Positions 1 to 12,029 of a stretch of DNA of 64,000 bases are shown here, piece after piece; within the stretch, counting starts at the first letter, position 1; every line of letters begins with the position of its first letter. The notes under the pieces were generated by a model that made no database searches, was not told the DNA's origin, and worked only from the letters and a program-made list of their open reading frames with translations. This stretch comes from Callorhinchus milii (lineage: Eukaryota). The translations under genes and the position numbers were made by a program. The stretch lies in NCBI RefSeq assembly GCF_018977255.1, contig NW_024704742.1:67892001-67956000 (forward strand). Reading direction: 5' to 3'.

Positions 1-298
1 CTCAGATACCTCAAATGGGAAGTGCCTGCATTTGCCTGTTCTTACCTTGGGGTCCATCGTGACATTGAATGTACTAACTCATCCTTAGCAAATTTGCTCC
101 AAATAGTGCTCTTACCATCATTGCTCTCTTCCCTCATTTTTCTCCCATCCCATTCTGGAAAAGCAATATTGGTCCTGATATTTTATGTATTTGGAGGTAG
201 ATGGACTTTGAGTAGCAGCCTAGTTTTGAAAATTATACTGTATCTTGTTTCCACTTGAAAGGTTTAAACGTAGAAATTGTACATGACATGTTGCTGTT

Positions 299-304
299 AA
301 TAAA
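299..304 (+). terminator. Possible polyadenylation signal of a plus-strand gene lying upstream of the window (KDM3A expected by synteny)
   Basis: AATAAA followed by GT-rich tttgttg; no coding sequence of that gene is visible, so identity is inferred only from human gene order. Confidence 0.3.
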
Positions 305-2387
305 GCCACGTGCAGTTTGTTGCTCAATGAGGTTACATTTTTTTAAAAACTAACATTCCTTTATAGTATTAATTTGTAAAGTGACTGTATAATGGTACTT
401 GATGAAGATGCCACCAATTTTAAGCTGTGGTATAGAATCTGTTTCATACCTGGACTTTAACTAAGGATACAGAAAAGCTCCCAATGTGGATTCTAGGTGT
501 GAAACTGGATATATATGATCGCAAGACCCATTTCAAATCTGCTGTTTATCCTTGCAACTCATTGTAGAAGCCTTAAAGTTGCCAATGTGTTTTTTTAATG
601 TAAAAATTAAAGTGTATCCCAATTGCAAGTTTTCTTTTTTTTGGTGTGTGAACTTTCAAAGCTCAGGCCTGCTGTATGTCCATTATCCTGTCAGCCAGAG
701 CTCAGGCAATATGTATCTGCTCAATGGAATTCACTAAAAATAACAAATTACATTTGTATAGCACTTTCCATGTTCAGAGGACGTCCCAAGGTGCTGAATC
801 CCTCAAAACCCTATCTTCTACTTTTGGTTAAAATCCTCATACTTCATGTGAAAGTTCTATTCAGTCCAAGTAGTTGTAGACTGGTGCACTGGTACCCATG
901 TGCAATGTACTGACTAGTGTTACTATAACCTTGAGTGCTTTGACTTGCTGCCCTGCATGAAGGATGCTATATAATAATCATTGCATTTAATAGAGCCTTT
1001 TCACACCATTGAGATGTCTCAAAATGTTGCACAGAAATTGTATAAATTATAAATTCAATTGACTATATTTTGTGGTGAAACACAGCAGCCAACTGCACAC
1101 AGCAGTGTCCCACCATCCTGGAATGAGTGACCACATTATTTTTTGAAGAATTATTACACCCATAAAGTGTTAGCTAATTAACTAACCAAGTTCCTACTTA
1201 ACGCTTGATAAACCAAGGCATGCAGAGTAAGGAAACATGCCCACGGTTTCACCCCGCCTGGGAGTTGCTTGAGATGTATAAAAGTTGTTGTAATTGGGGT
1301 TATGAGTTCAGGTTTATATATCAAATTGTAGCAGTGTAACTGCAAGAAATATAGGGGTAAAAATTGTGACCTGCGATGTTCACTTAACACTGGTGATAAT
1401 TATATCACAGAAAGTGCCACCTTGTTGCTGTCTGGCCTGAATATTGCAATGTTTGGGCCTAAAATGTGTTTCAGCAGCCATTGGATTTATTGTCCCATGA
1501 AAACAGCACTGCCTTAGCTCAGCAACAAAACTGGTTGGAGCTAATCCAGCAACCCATGAGTCAGCTGGTCAAATGCTGGCTTCAGCCCTAACCCATTCCT
1601 GCAGTGGGGTGGGATCGAAGGGAGAGAATTACATCTGTAGTCACATTGACCAGGTGGACTATGTGATAACTGATAATTAGCACCAGTGGTAATTAATGCA
1701 TCACACTGCAATTCTGATGTCGTGAAACAATTTATTATAAAGTAGGTAATCCTCATCAAGGTGTAGTGACTTTACTGCTGTATTCACTGGCAGAATTCTT
1801 CTGGGGGGAGAGGACGGACATTCAGCCCTTCAAGCATTGTTCTACAAGTTTATTAGAACCTTTAATCCATTACCTTTTCTCCCTTACCACCTTTATTTGG
1901 TTCATCACACAAACTTTTTCTTAAAAAAAATCTTAAATTCTGCTTTTACAACATTGAGGTGTAGTCCATTTTCACAACTCTCTTGTGTGAAGAAATGATT
2001 TCACAGTTAGCGAGTTACTACAACAACTTGAACTTACATAGCGCCCTCCACACAGAGTAGCGTCTCAGAGAGCTTAACTCCCCCTGGCTCGGCCTTGGGC
2101 TCCACCATTGTTAATTGCTTGTTGTTGTTGTTGTTAACAGTGGCAGAGCCTGACTCCAAGCCGGGGGGAGTGAGTTTTCACTGTATTGCAATCACTGCTG
2201 CATTCTCTCTCTCTCTTTCTGCAGTTACAACACACACATGAAGAATGGGCCATACCCATGAGGTGCCCCTGGACTGTGATCACCTCGGGACCATTCTACC
2301 TGCACTCCAAGTGAAGAGGATTAATCTGCAGAGGAAGAAGAAAGTAATGGCCATTTGGTCACAACAACCATTAAGTACTTAAAAATC

Positions 2388-2393
2388 TTTATT
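2388..2393 (-). terminator. Probable CHMP3 polyadenylation signal (AATAAA), implying a 3' UTR of about 1.7 kb
   Basis: Plus-strand tttatt, followed on the minus strand by a GT-rich tract (TGGTTGTTGTG); lies at the end of a mostly non-repetitive AT-rich stretch after the stop codon. Confidence 0.55.
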
Positions 2394-3382
2394 AAGTCAT
2401 AGTTGGTAATTGTGTACAATAAGAAACTATTACAGAGATGAAACTCGAAAGTTACAAACTACTTGGGCAGTCATCGCGCACAAAAAAGATCAAACTAAAG
2501 TGAACATGTTTCTCATTTGTTCTCAACATGAACAGAATATGTATCACTGAAGGCTGCACAGGTGATTCCAAGGTCGGGTGACTGACGCCATCCATGCTCT
2601 ACCATTTCGAGTGTAATTATAAGCTGTCAGCAGTGAGACCCTCAGTGATCAGTCAGGATATGACACTGAAGATGGTTATTACAATAATCCACCCTGCTGT
2701 GAGCCGATGTCTGAGGTGTATTATGGGATGAAACAATGGGACCATTCAGAAATACCCATCGTGTCTTGAGAAGTCACTATTAGGAGTCTCTCACCTCTTT
2801 TATACTTCACTCGATCTTTCACACTTTCCAACAGCTCCAAAGCAACAGGAGTGATCAAACAATGGGCAACAAGACCACTTGTAGGAACCTCAACAGGGCC
2901 CTTTGTTGACTTCAATGGTTGGATACCAAAGAAGAGTAGCTGAGAATGGGAACACTACACATTTACAGAATCGTCTCCTGAAGACTTGTACTGTAGCACT
3001 CTCCAGACGAAACTAGTTTTAGATTTAGTCTCCGACGGAAGGACGAGGCACAGATTAAATAAAGCCAGTCAAAGTTACGGCATAAAACGACAGCTACTTC
3101 CATAATAAATGCAAGGATTATTAACTCAAATTTACAATTATGCCCAAGGTTAGTTTTAATATATCAAATTGTATAATTTCTCCCAAGGTTAGTTTTGATT
3201 CTTTCAAATAATCTGCGTACAACAGTGCATACAGTCAACAAATGGAAATATTATACACAAAAAAAGCCATGCAGAAATCCTCTCCTGTAGTGAAGTAAGG
3301 CCACGCAAAGCACTTTTACAATCTCTGTAAGTGTCAAATGTGCATTGGTAGTGTTAAATGGTGAATGTGTAAGGTATATCTC

Positions 3383-3694
3383 TAATAATAATCCTTGCAT
3401 TTGATATAGCGCTTTTCACGTCGGGAGGACGTCCCAAAGCGATTCACAGAATATACTGTAAAGTGAATTGACTGTATATTTGTGGGCGAACACGGCAGCC
3501 AATTGCGCACAGCAATGTCCCACAAACAGTCGTAAATTGAAAATGACCAATTTATTATTGTTTTGTTTTTTGGAGGGATTATTATTAGGCGTGTGGAGTG
3601 AGGAAACTTGCCCAAGGTTTCGCCCTCTGCCTGGAATTGAACTCAGGTCTCTCACTTGCAAAGCGAGTGCTCTAACCACTGAGCTACAGGACTC
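3383..3694 (-). mobile_element. Full-length young tRNA(Ala-like)-headed SINE with Deu-type core and L2-type tail, inside the presumed CHMP3 3' UTR
   Basis: A box TAGCTCAGTGG, B box GTTCAATTCC, core TGTTTGTGGGACATTGCTGTGCGCAATTGGCTGCC, tail stem-loop and (TTA)n. Confidence 0.92.
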
Positions 3695-4093
3695 TGTCGC
3701 AATCATGAACTTGTTTACATCAGAATGGGATACCAGGGGTCCAGCTTCAATTCCTGTTCAGGTGTATTTGTCACCAATAGTTATAACTAAAGTATCAAAA
3801 TGAATTATGTTGAACCACAATCTGGTCAGATGGCTGGAGATATGAGATTTCATATGAAAGGCGATGAGTAACATTGAACACAAGTGTAATTTTCCAGCAA
3901 ACTCCATTTTCATCTGTACAAGTTCATTGACATTTACACTTGACAAAAGACAGTATTTACTTTAGAATAAAAAGCATACCAGATATAAGAACCGAAAGAG
4001 ATGGGGGGGCGAGGTTGGGGAAGGTAGAGAGAAACTGCCAAGTGCAAAATACCTTTCTGAAATAAAGCCAAGAATACTTTACAGTGGTGTTGA

Positions 4094-4236
4094 TTAACTC
4101 CGAAGAGCAGCTAGACGGGATTGCATCTCCTCGATGTCTTCCTCCCCCTCGCTCTCGTCCAGGACAGCCATAGCCCCTGCAGCTTCGGGCTCTGGGAGAG
4201 CGTCTGTGACCTTCTGGGGTGCTTTACCCAGAGCAC
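4094..4236 (-). CDS. CHMP3: CHMP3 coding exon 6 (last), 143 nt including TAA
   Basis: ttgcag|GALGKAPQKVTDALPEPEAAGAMAVLDESEGEEDIEEMQSRLAALRS*, ending in a MIM1-type helix. The six exons sum to 666 nt = 221 aa + stop. Confidence 0.96.
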
Positions 4237-4857
4237 CTGCAAGAGCACAGTGGTGTTAAGACAAGCTTGAAGGTGCAGTTTGGAAGGCATTGTTAAATTT
4301 AAGTGCAAAAGTTTGCATTACAACAACACAAATTACATTTATAGAGTGCATTTCATGTCAGGAGTGCCAAGGTGTTGGACAGTCAGGGATTTGGACCAGA
4401 GCTGGGGGTTGGGATCAGGAGGGGTGGAGGGCAGGGAATGTGGGGGTAGGTTGACCAAAGGCGTGGTCAAAGAGGAGGGTCTTGAGACAGGCCTTGAAGG
4501 AGGCAAAGGAGGGGCAAAACGAAGGAACTGTGGGATGGAGTTCGAAAGGCTGAAGGCTTGCACGCTGATGGTGGAGCGGGCCGGAGCCCACTGAGGAGAG
4601 GGTGTAGACAAGTCTGTAAGGAGTTAGCAGGTCACCGAGATAAGGAGGAGTAAGGCCCTTCATATTTTTATATATTTTTTTAACAATCTCTATAATGGTT
4701 TCCGTGAGTGAAGAGAGGGCAGAGATTGTAAGCAACTGTTCTCTTTCCCTTCCTCATCCCAAAAAGTGTCTCCTGGAAAGAGAACTCTATAACACAAGCT
4801 TAATTTATTGTGGTGGCTGGAGGGGACCGAATGACATAATAATAATCCTTACATTTG

Positions 4858-5272
4858 ACTCCCTCCACAAGCTGCAGGTCATTCAGAACTCTGCAGCTCG
4901 TGTACTGTCCCGTACTTACCTGCCCGTACCCTCCGTTCCTCTGGCTCCGGTCTGCTCCACATCCCCCGCCCCAACCGCCCTACCATCGGTGGCCGGGCCT
5001 TCAGCCTCTCAGCCCCCAGGCTCTGGAACTCCATCCCCCAGTGCCTTCGCTGCTTCCTCCCTTTCCTCCTTCAAGGCCGGTCTCAAGACCTTTCTCTTTG
5101 ACTGTGCCTTCAGCTCCCCTCTCGACTCTCTACCCCCTCCTCGCTCCCTCCCTTCCCTCCCCTCACCATTTCCCCACTGCTCGGGTCCTGACCCAACTGT
5201 ACAGTGCCTTGGGACGTCCTCCCGACGTGAAAGGCGCTCTATAAATGGAATCTTGTTGTTGTTGTTGTTGAT
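4858..5272 (+). mobile_element. Young L2 3' fragment with ~150-bp internal deletion, inserted in a SINE tail
   Basis: Matches 44220-44850 but skips ~44273-44420; (TTG)n tail. Confidence 0.9.
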
Positions 5273-5794
5273 GTTGATGTAGCGCCTTTCACATTATGAT
5301 GTCTCAAAGTACTTCACAGCATTCACTGTCAAGTGCAGCGACTGTGTGTTTTTGTAGGTGAACGAGGAAGCCAATTTTTGTGTACAATAACGTCCTACAA
5401 ACAGCCATGAATTTTATTTGGGGGATTGTTGGCCAGGACACTGGGAGAAATTCTCCTTTAGTAGATTTATAACATTAATCAAGAAATATTATTTTCTAAT
5501 TTATATCCTGTGTCTTTATCAGCATAAATATTAATTTATGCCGATAAAGACATAGATCTTAACAGCCACCTGAACACACAAACAGAATGTCAGATTAATG
5601 TCTCATCTGAAGGAAAGTACCTTTGACAATGCAGCAGCAACAACAACTTGAATTTATAGAGCATCCCTCACGCAGGGTAGGTCCCAGAGCACTTGAACTC
5701 ACATAGGCTGAGGCTGATACAGCAGCACACCTCGACTACTGTTCTGCTGTATCAGCCTCAGCCTGTGTAAGTTCAAATTCCTGGCAGGGGCTTC

Positions 5795-6262
5795 AACAAC
5801 AACATATTGCATTTACATAGCACCTTTCACATCGGGCGAAGGCACTGGACAGTGAAGGGTTTCAACCTGATCTGGGTGTTGGAATCAACAGGGGTAAGAA
5901 AGGGGGTGAGGTGATGGAGTACCAGAAAGTGCGGGGCTGAAGGCCCCACTGCAGATGGTGGAGCAGGCAGGGCAGGGGTTGTGGAGCAGGCCAGTGCCTG
6001 CTGAAAGGAGGGGGCAGACAGATTGGTGATATTTTAGGTTACAGAAGTAGGGAGGAAGAAGTCCGTGAAAGGCTTTAAATGCGAGGATGAGGAACTTGAA
6101 CTCGATGCTCTGGGAAATTGGGAGCCAGTGAAGCTGGGGGAGGATGGGGGTGATACGAGCTACAGCGTTCTGAATAATCTGCAGCTTGCAGAGGGCAGAG
6201 TTGGGTAGTCTGGTGAGGAGGGAGTTAGCAGAGTCAAGCCTGGATGTAATGAAAGCATGGAT
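5795..6262 (-). mobile_element. Older L2 3' fragment
   Basis: HAFITSRLDSANSLL, LHWLP, IEFK motifs. Confidence 0.85.
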
Positions 6263-6353
6263 CTGACATATCGTGGGTGGAAGGGACTGAATGACAAACT
6301 TGTGCAATAAATTTAGAAAGATAATTTGCAACAAATTAATGACATCAATTTAC

Positions 6354-6468
6354 CTGCAGTAACTTCAAACAGGATCCTGTCAATTTCCATTTCTGCTGCT
6401 TCTTCCATTTCGTCTTCATCTTCCATGCTTTCAAATGTGTCTTCAAGCATCTCCTCAATAATCCCTGC
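6354..6468 (-). CDS. CHMP3: CHMP3 coding exon 5, 115 nt
   Basis: ctgcag|AGIIEEMLEDTFESMEDEDEMEEAAEMEIDRILFEVTA|gtaaat. Confidence 0.97.
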
Positions 6469-6829
6469 CTGCAGAGACATACCATGCCCATAATAAGGAG
6501 GTTATTACTTCACACGCCACTGTTCGATAACAAGGAGACACACTCAGGATTGTTTCAAGAAGCATTAAGGCGAAGATTGTAAAACCCTTTTTTGGCAAGG
6601 GTTATTAGAAACTGGAAAGCTTTGTCTGGAAGCTTTCTGGAAATGGCTATCAAAGTTAAGATTTATATAAATATAATAGAGAATTAGACAAATGTTTGAA
6701 AAGCAACAATACACAAAGCTTTGGGGAAGATCAGGGAATTGGGATTGCAGTGGATAGCTCCCTTGGGGTAGCTGATATCAGCAATAATAATAATAATCCT
6801 TGTATATGATACAGGGCCTTATCATATCC

Positions 6830-7225
6830 TTTAATCCTGAGACTATGACCGCTAGTTTTAGATACTCCAACCAGGAGAAACGGTCTCACACTATTTACCC
6901 TGTCAAGACCCTTAAGAATCTGATAGGTTTCTATAAGATCACCTCTAATTCTTCTATATTCTAGAGAAAATAGGCCTAGTCTACTCAACCTCTCCTCGAA
7001 GGTCAACCCCCTCATCCCAGGAACCAGCCTAGTGAACCTATGTTGCACCCCCTCTAAGGCAAGTATATTCTTTCTTAAGATAAGGAGACCAAAACTGCAC
7101 ACAATATTCCAGGTGCTGTCTCACCAGGGCCCTATACAATTGCAGCAAGACTCCCCTACTCTTGTACTTTAACCCCTTTACAATAAACGCTAACATGCTA
7201 TTAGCCTTCCTAGTTGCTTGCTAAC
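6830..7225 (-). mobile_element. CR1 LINE fragment
   Basis: LEGVQHRFTRLVPG, RIRGDLIETYQIL. Other CR1 remnants at ~8745-9085 (+), 10490-10690 (+), 15040-15500 (+), 22188-22400 (-), 34080-34280 (+), 37683-37830 (-) and 45920-46375 (+). Confidence 0.88.
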
Positions 7226-7643
7226 TTTCTAACCTCTAACCATTCCTAACCTGATAGTTACCCAGATTTAATAGATTATTAAGCAAAGCAACAAGCGACA
7301 TTCAGCTTTTGCTAAAAGAATCGCTCACAGGTCTTCTGCTTTGGTGATCCGAATTTCTAGACTATATTCATTTAGTGGGGGAAAACAGTGAAATGGGTCT
7401 CCTTGGAAACTGTGCACGCAATTGGCAGTTACATTTCACCCACAAAATATACAATCAATTCACTTTACAGTCTATTCTGTAAGGCCCTTTGAGACGTCTC
7501 AACAGCATGATAAGGATTATTATTATTATTATTAAATTAAATGCAAAGCTGTTGTTACAATGAGGACAGAAGTGACCAAAAAGCATTTCTGGAAATATTA
7601 CTGTTTCCCAACTTGAGAGTCTGTGGCTGGATTTCAATCTCAC

Positions 7644-7765
7644 CTTCATCATTTCCTTAGACAGATCCCTCATGGTAGCTTGAACTTCAGGGATTTTTAC
7701 CAAGCTCTGCATGGCTTTCATCACCTCTGTGCTCTTCTGTAAGGAACCAGATACCTTCAGTAAAG
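7644..7765 (-). CDS. CHMP3: CHMP3 coding exon 4, 122 nt
   Basis: polypyrimidine-cccag|(S)LLKVSGSLQKSTEVMKAMQSLVKIPEVQATMRDLSKEMMK|gtgaga. Confidence 0.97.
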
Positions 7766-8483
7766 CTGGGAAAAGAGAAAAAAAAATTACAAAATAGTAC
7801 ATTACCATCAGACTCAGTACCAAAGAAATTTACAGCACAGAAGTCAATTCAGGTCATTGTGTCTCTTTTGAAGAGCGATCGTTTCAGTCCCATTTACCTG
7901 CCCTTTCCCTTTACCCCTGTAGTTTGCTGTTTTAGATATCTATCTAGTTCCCCTTGAAAGCTAATATGATAGATACTCAGATACTAGAAGCTGATGTCCA
8001 CATTTACAAACTGAGGTGGCCTCACTAAATCTTCAGGCCCGATTGGGCCCCAATTAAGATTTAGTTAGGCCAGTACCCCTCGATCGACTCAGAAAGATGC
8101 TTCGTGGTTTGAAAATGATCCCCTGCTACAGTGGGAATATGTTGGCTCATGGGGATGTTCATCCACACCTGTGGGCTACCATTATTTAGAAGATGGAGGT
8201 GGGGAAGGAAGAGGAGGGGTATTCCAAAACACATTTTAACCACCTAGCTTAAGCAAGGAACGTAACACGCTTAGGAACACCCCAAAAAGTAAACATCAGA
8301 TAAATGATACCCAAACAACAGTCTATAAAGCTTTATAGAGCAAATGAACCAAAGAGGCTCCCTCATCTGAATCTCTTGTGAAAGGCTTTGAAATCGGCTG
8401 ACCCTGAGGCTACGCTGGGCTGACAATCATCAGTTTAACAGTGAAGATGCCACGTAATGGCATGAACTAACTGCAGGACTTAC

Positions 8484-8663
8484 AGAGCTGGTTCTTCATG
8501 CTCATAATGATGGAGTTCATCTGCGCTTTTGATGCAAATAGCTTGTTCACAGCCTTCCTTGACCGCACAATCTCTTTGGCAAGTATAACACACACGTCCC
8601 TTTGTCCCTTTTTTGCAGCATCTTTCACAGACCTCTTGACTTTCTCCTCTTCCCTCTGAATAT
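8484..8663 (-). CDS. CHMP3: CHMP3 coding exon 3, 180 nt
   Basis: ttctcag|DIQREEEKVKRSVKDAAKKGQRDVCVILAKEIVRSRKAVNKLFASKAQMNSIIMSMKNQL|gtaagt; Snf7-family helical core. Confidence 0.97.
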
Positions 8664-9495
8664 CTGAGAACAATGAGGTGCGGGATGGAGAGGAGGGTAG
8701 GAGACACAAGTGTTAAAATATATCTGTACCTGATGTTTTCAGAGTCTTCACTAAAAAAAGCACTTTGACCAAACCATGATAAGCTGTTTTATCTTGTCCA
8801 GAACAGTAGAACCGGAAGACATGACCTGCGATTGAAGGGGGTTAAATTCAAAACAAATCTGCGGAAACACTATTTCAGTGAGAGTGATAAATCTATGGAA
8901 CAGGCTCCCTAAGGAGACGGTAGAAGCAGATAATGTCAATTCATTCAAATGTAAATTAATTTCTTTTTGAAAATATTATTTTGGGATACAGTATAAGAGT
9001 AATTTGAGACACGACATATAGTAAGTGTAGTATGGCTTGGAAGAACCAGGTAACTTTGGATCTAAGGTTCCCAAAGTTTTCCACTGTGATGGGAGATGGA
9101 TCCATACAGAATAAATTACTATCAACATCTCCAATATTGTAGCAAGCGACTACCAGGATGGTAGAAGGCGGAGTAGATGGCGTTAGTCCTTTTTTGGCTA
9201 GTAATTCCTGTTTACCTAGCAGTAAGTAGAAACCTGGTTGTTTTTTGGCGGATCGCTTTTGCAGGGGTAGTAACTCCTTCAAAATAAATAAACATAATTT
9301 GGTCCAGGTCTCAGCCAGGAGTGCACCCAAGAAACACTCAGATAGAGCCCGTTTTAATGTCTCCTGTAAAGGACGGCACCAACGACAATGTTTCGCTCCA
9401 CTAGTCATGCTCCATCCGTCTGGTTTATGAGCATGCTCTGCAGGCAGACAGGGCTTTGGTTTAATGTTCAGATGGACATTAAGGGTCTTAATATC

Positions 9496-9812
9496 GTGGA
9501 GTCCTGTAGCTCAGTGGTTAGAGCACTTGCTTTGCAAGCGAGAGACCTGGGTTCGATTCCTGGCAGGGTGAAACCTTGGGCAAGTTTCCTTACTCCACAC
9601 CCCTGATAATAATCCCTCAAGGAAATAAAATAATAATAAATTGGTCACTTCAATCCACAACTGTTTGTGGGACACTGCTGTGCGCAATTGGCTGCCGCAT
9701 TTCGCCCACAAATATATAGTCAATTCACTTTACAGTCTATTCTGTGAAGCGCTTTGAGACGTCTAGAAGACGTGAAAAGCGCTATATCAAATGCAAGGAT
9801 TATTATTATTGT
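9496..9812 (+). mobile_element. Full-length SINE, same family
   Basis: Same head, core and tail; flanked by TTAATAT on both sides (candidate TSD). Confidence 0.9.
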
Positions 9813-10072
9813 TATTAATATACAATTTAAAAACTAGGTCCTAGCCAAAAATCTCCCAAATAAAATTGGTGCACTGTGCGCAAATTGGCTGCTACATTCG
9901 CCTATAAATACACAGTTATTACACTTTACAGTGAATCCAATGAAGCGATTTGAGCAGTCCTCCTGAAATTAAAAAGCGCTATATCTAACACAAGAATGAT
10001 TATTACAGTCCACCGTTTCAACATAAACACTCAATCTAGGTACGCATGTTAAAATTAGAAACTTTTGTTTAC

Positions 10073-10133
10073 CTCGGATTTGTCTGTCCATCAACCTCAT
10101 TTCCTTTCTCATTTTCCCTGTCCATTCGGTCAC
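10073..10133 (-). CDS. CHMP3: CHMP3 coding exon 2, 61 nt
   Basis: ttatcag|VTEWTGKMRKEMRLMDRQIR|gtaaac; phase 0 to 1. Confidence 0.96.
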
Positions 10134-11358
10134 CTGATAAAAGCCAAATTGAACTGTATTAAACAAAAGTCAATCTGCTGCCCTCAGATAAAGATCTTGT
10201 GACACTACTTGAATAGTGAAAGGAGTGTCTCCCAGTGTCCAGGTCAACTGCTGGCTATTTTTATCCATTTAGATTAAATGAGATATTTCCTTCAGGGCTA
10301 TTTTGGGGATCTTGCTGGCGATTACATTCTTGGTAATTCTATTTAATGGTCACACCTTGGCAAAACCGATCCAAAAACACAGAGAAGAAACAAACACTGG
10401 TCAATCAGTTGACATTGTAGATTTGCTTCTGCAGTGAATTACTATGTTTATGTTATAAGGATAGTCACTGGACGTGAGAAGCTTAATGCGCGACCTGCAG
10501 ATGAATTCAATATATTAGGTAAACAGTAACAGAATATTACCTCATTCCTTCAAAATGGAATTAGATAGGTGTTGAAAGAGGAGGAATATTAAATAGTACA
10601 GAGAGCAAGCAGGAGAGTTGAATTAGGTGGCTTATGGTGAAAAAACACTAGTGCAGACTTGACATGTCAAACAACCTGTAGCATTCCATAATTCTAAGGA
10701 TCCTCAAGAGTTTCAGTTAACAGTTTACACCATAGAATGGATTCCACAACACCACATTACATAGTCATGTTTGGGATTGCAATGCTGATCCCTACAGATC
10801 ACCTCAGCCTGTGACCCAAAAATAAAGGTGTGGGCAGCACCACCAAGATAAAGCACCAGGAAGTATCTTTTTTCAAGCAATTTCTGAAGGCAAAAGAAAA
10901 CCACACCTTAAGGTAGGTCTCCACTCCTGAGAATGCAGCAGTGCTATGTTATTTACTCTGCAGTGCTCTCGTTATACTGCACGGAAGCACAGAGTACAAG
11001 CACGTAAAAGACAAATAGAACGAACCACAGTTTATCCAAACAGATCAGGAAACACCCCTTTATAGAGAAGTCCAAAATTGCCCACTCTACAGATAGGTGT
11101 AATTCACATGGGCAAACTCTTTGGCCTATTAAATATTAGTTTTAGAAATGCTGTACAAGACAATAATTAGGGTTAGGTTTAAAGATCACTGCTGTCCATC
11201 TGACCAGCCTCCCTCCACACAGGACCTTATCAGGTCAATAAGATGTCTCAAAGCGCAAAAATATACTTGAATATCCTTTTACAATATAATAGACCCAACA
11301 TTGATGGTGAATTTGGTTTCAAAGAGTTGATGTAAGACATTAAATCTGTAATGTCCAT

Positions 11359-11686
11359 GAAGTCCTGTAGCTCAGTGGTTAGAGCACTCGCCTCGCAAGT
11401 GAGAGACCTGGGTTTGATTCCCGGCAGGGCGAAACCTTGGGCAAGTTTCCTTACTCCACACGCCTAATAATAATCCCTCAAGAAAAAACAAAACAATAAT
11501 AAAGTTGGTCTCTCACTCCACGACTGTTTGTGGGACACTGCTGTGTGCAATTGGCTGCTGCATTTCAGCCAAAAAACGTACAGTCAATTCACTTTACAGT
11601 ATATTCTGTGAAGCGCTTTGAGCCGTGTAGAAGACGTGATAAGGGGCTGTATCAAGTGCATGCATTATTATATTTATTATTATTAA
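11359..11686 (+). mobile_element. Full-length SINE, same family
   Basis: AGTCCTGTAGCTCAGTGGTTAGAGC head through (TTA)n tail. Confidence 0.9.
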
Positions 11687-12029
11687 ATCAACAACAACAG
11701 CATTCCATTTATAGAGCGCCTTTCACGTCGGGAGGACGTCCCAACTCGAGGTCTCGTCTGCCTGATCGGGTGGGCGTTGGATCCCAAAGCACTGTTTGAA
11801 AAGGGAAGAGAGTCTCTTCCTGGCGTCCTGGCCAACAATCCCCCAAATAAAACTGGTCAGTCGCTCCATGACTGTTTGTGGGACATTGCTGTGTGCAAAC
11901 TGGCTGCACCTTTCGCTCACAAAATACAGTCACTACACTTTACAGTGTATCCTGTGGAGCGCGTTGACGACGTGATAAGGCCCTATTACCAGATGTAAGG
12001 ACTATTATATGACATTATTACACAGCACC

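Noticed and set aside
2970..3045. Hammerhead-like motifs CTGAAGA...GAAAC...GTC on the plus strand
   Set aside because: A short stem III can be drawn, but stems I and II do not pair at the core-adjacent positions; most likely chance.
3382..3803. Recurrent ORF family (MGKFPYSTQ..., MTVYLWAN..., VESCSSVVRALAL...) suggesting a multicopy small-protein gene
   Set aside because: All are translations of the same SINE in different frames, with stops and frameshifts varying between copies.
9496..9570. tRNA-Ala-like sequences (also ~3620-3694, 11360, 13255, 30886, 56858, 62835)
   Set aside because: They are SINE heads: each runs directly into the SINE body and lacks a properly paired acceptor stem.
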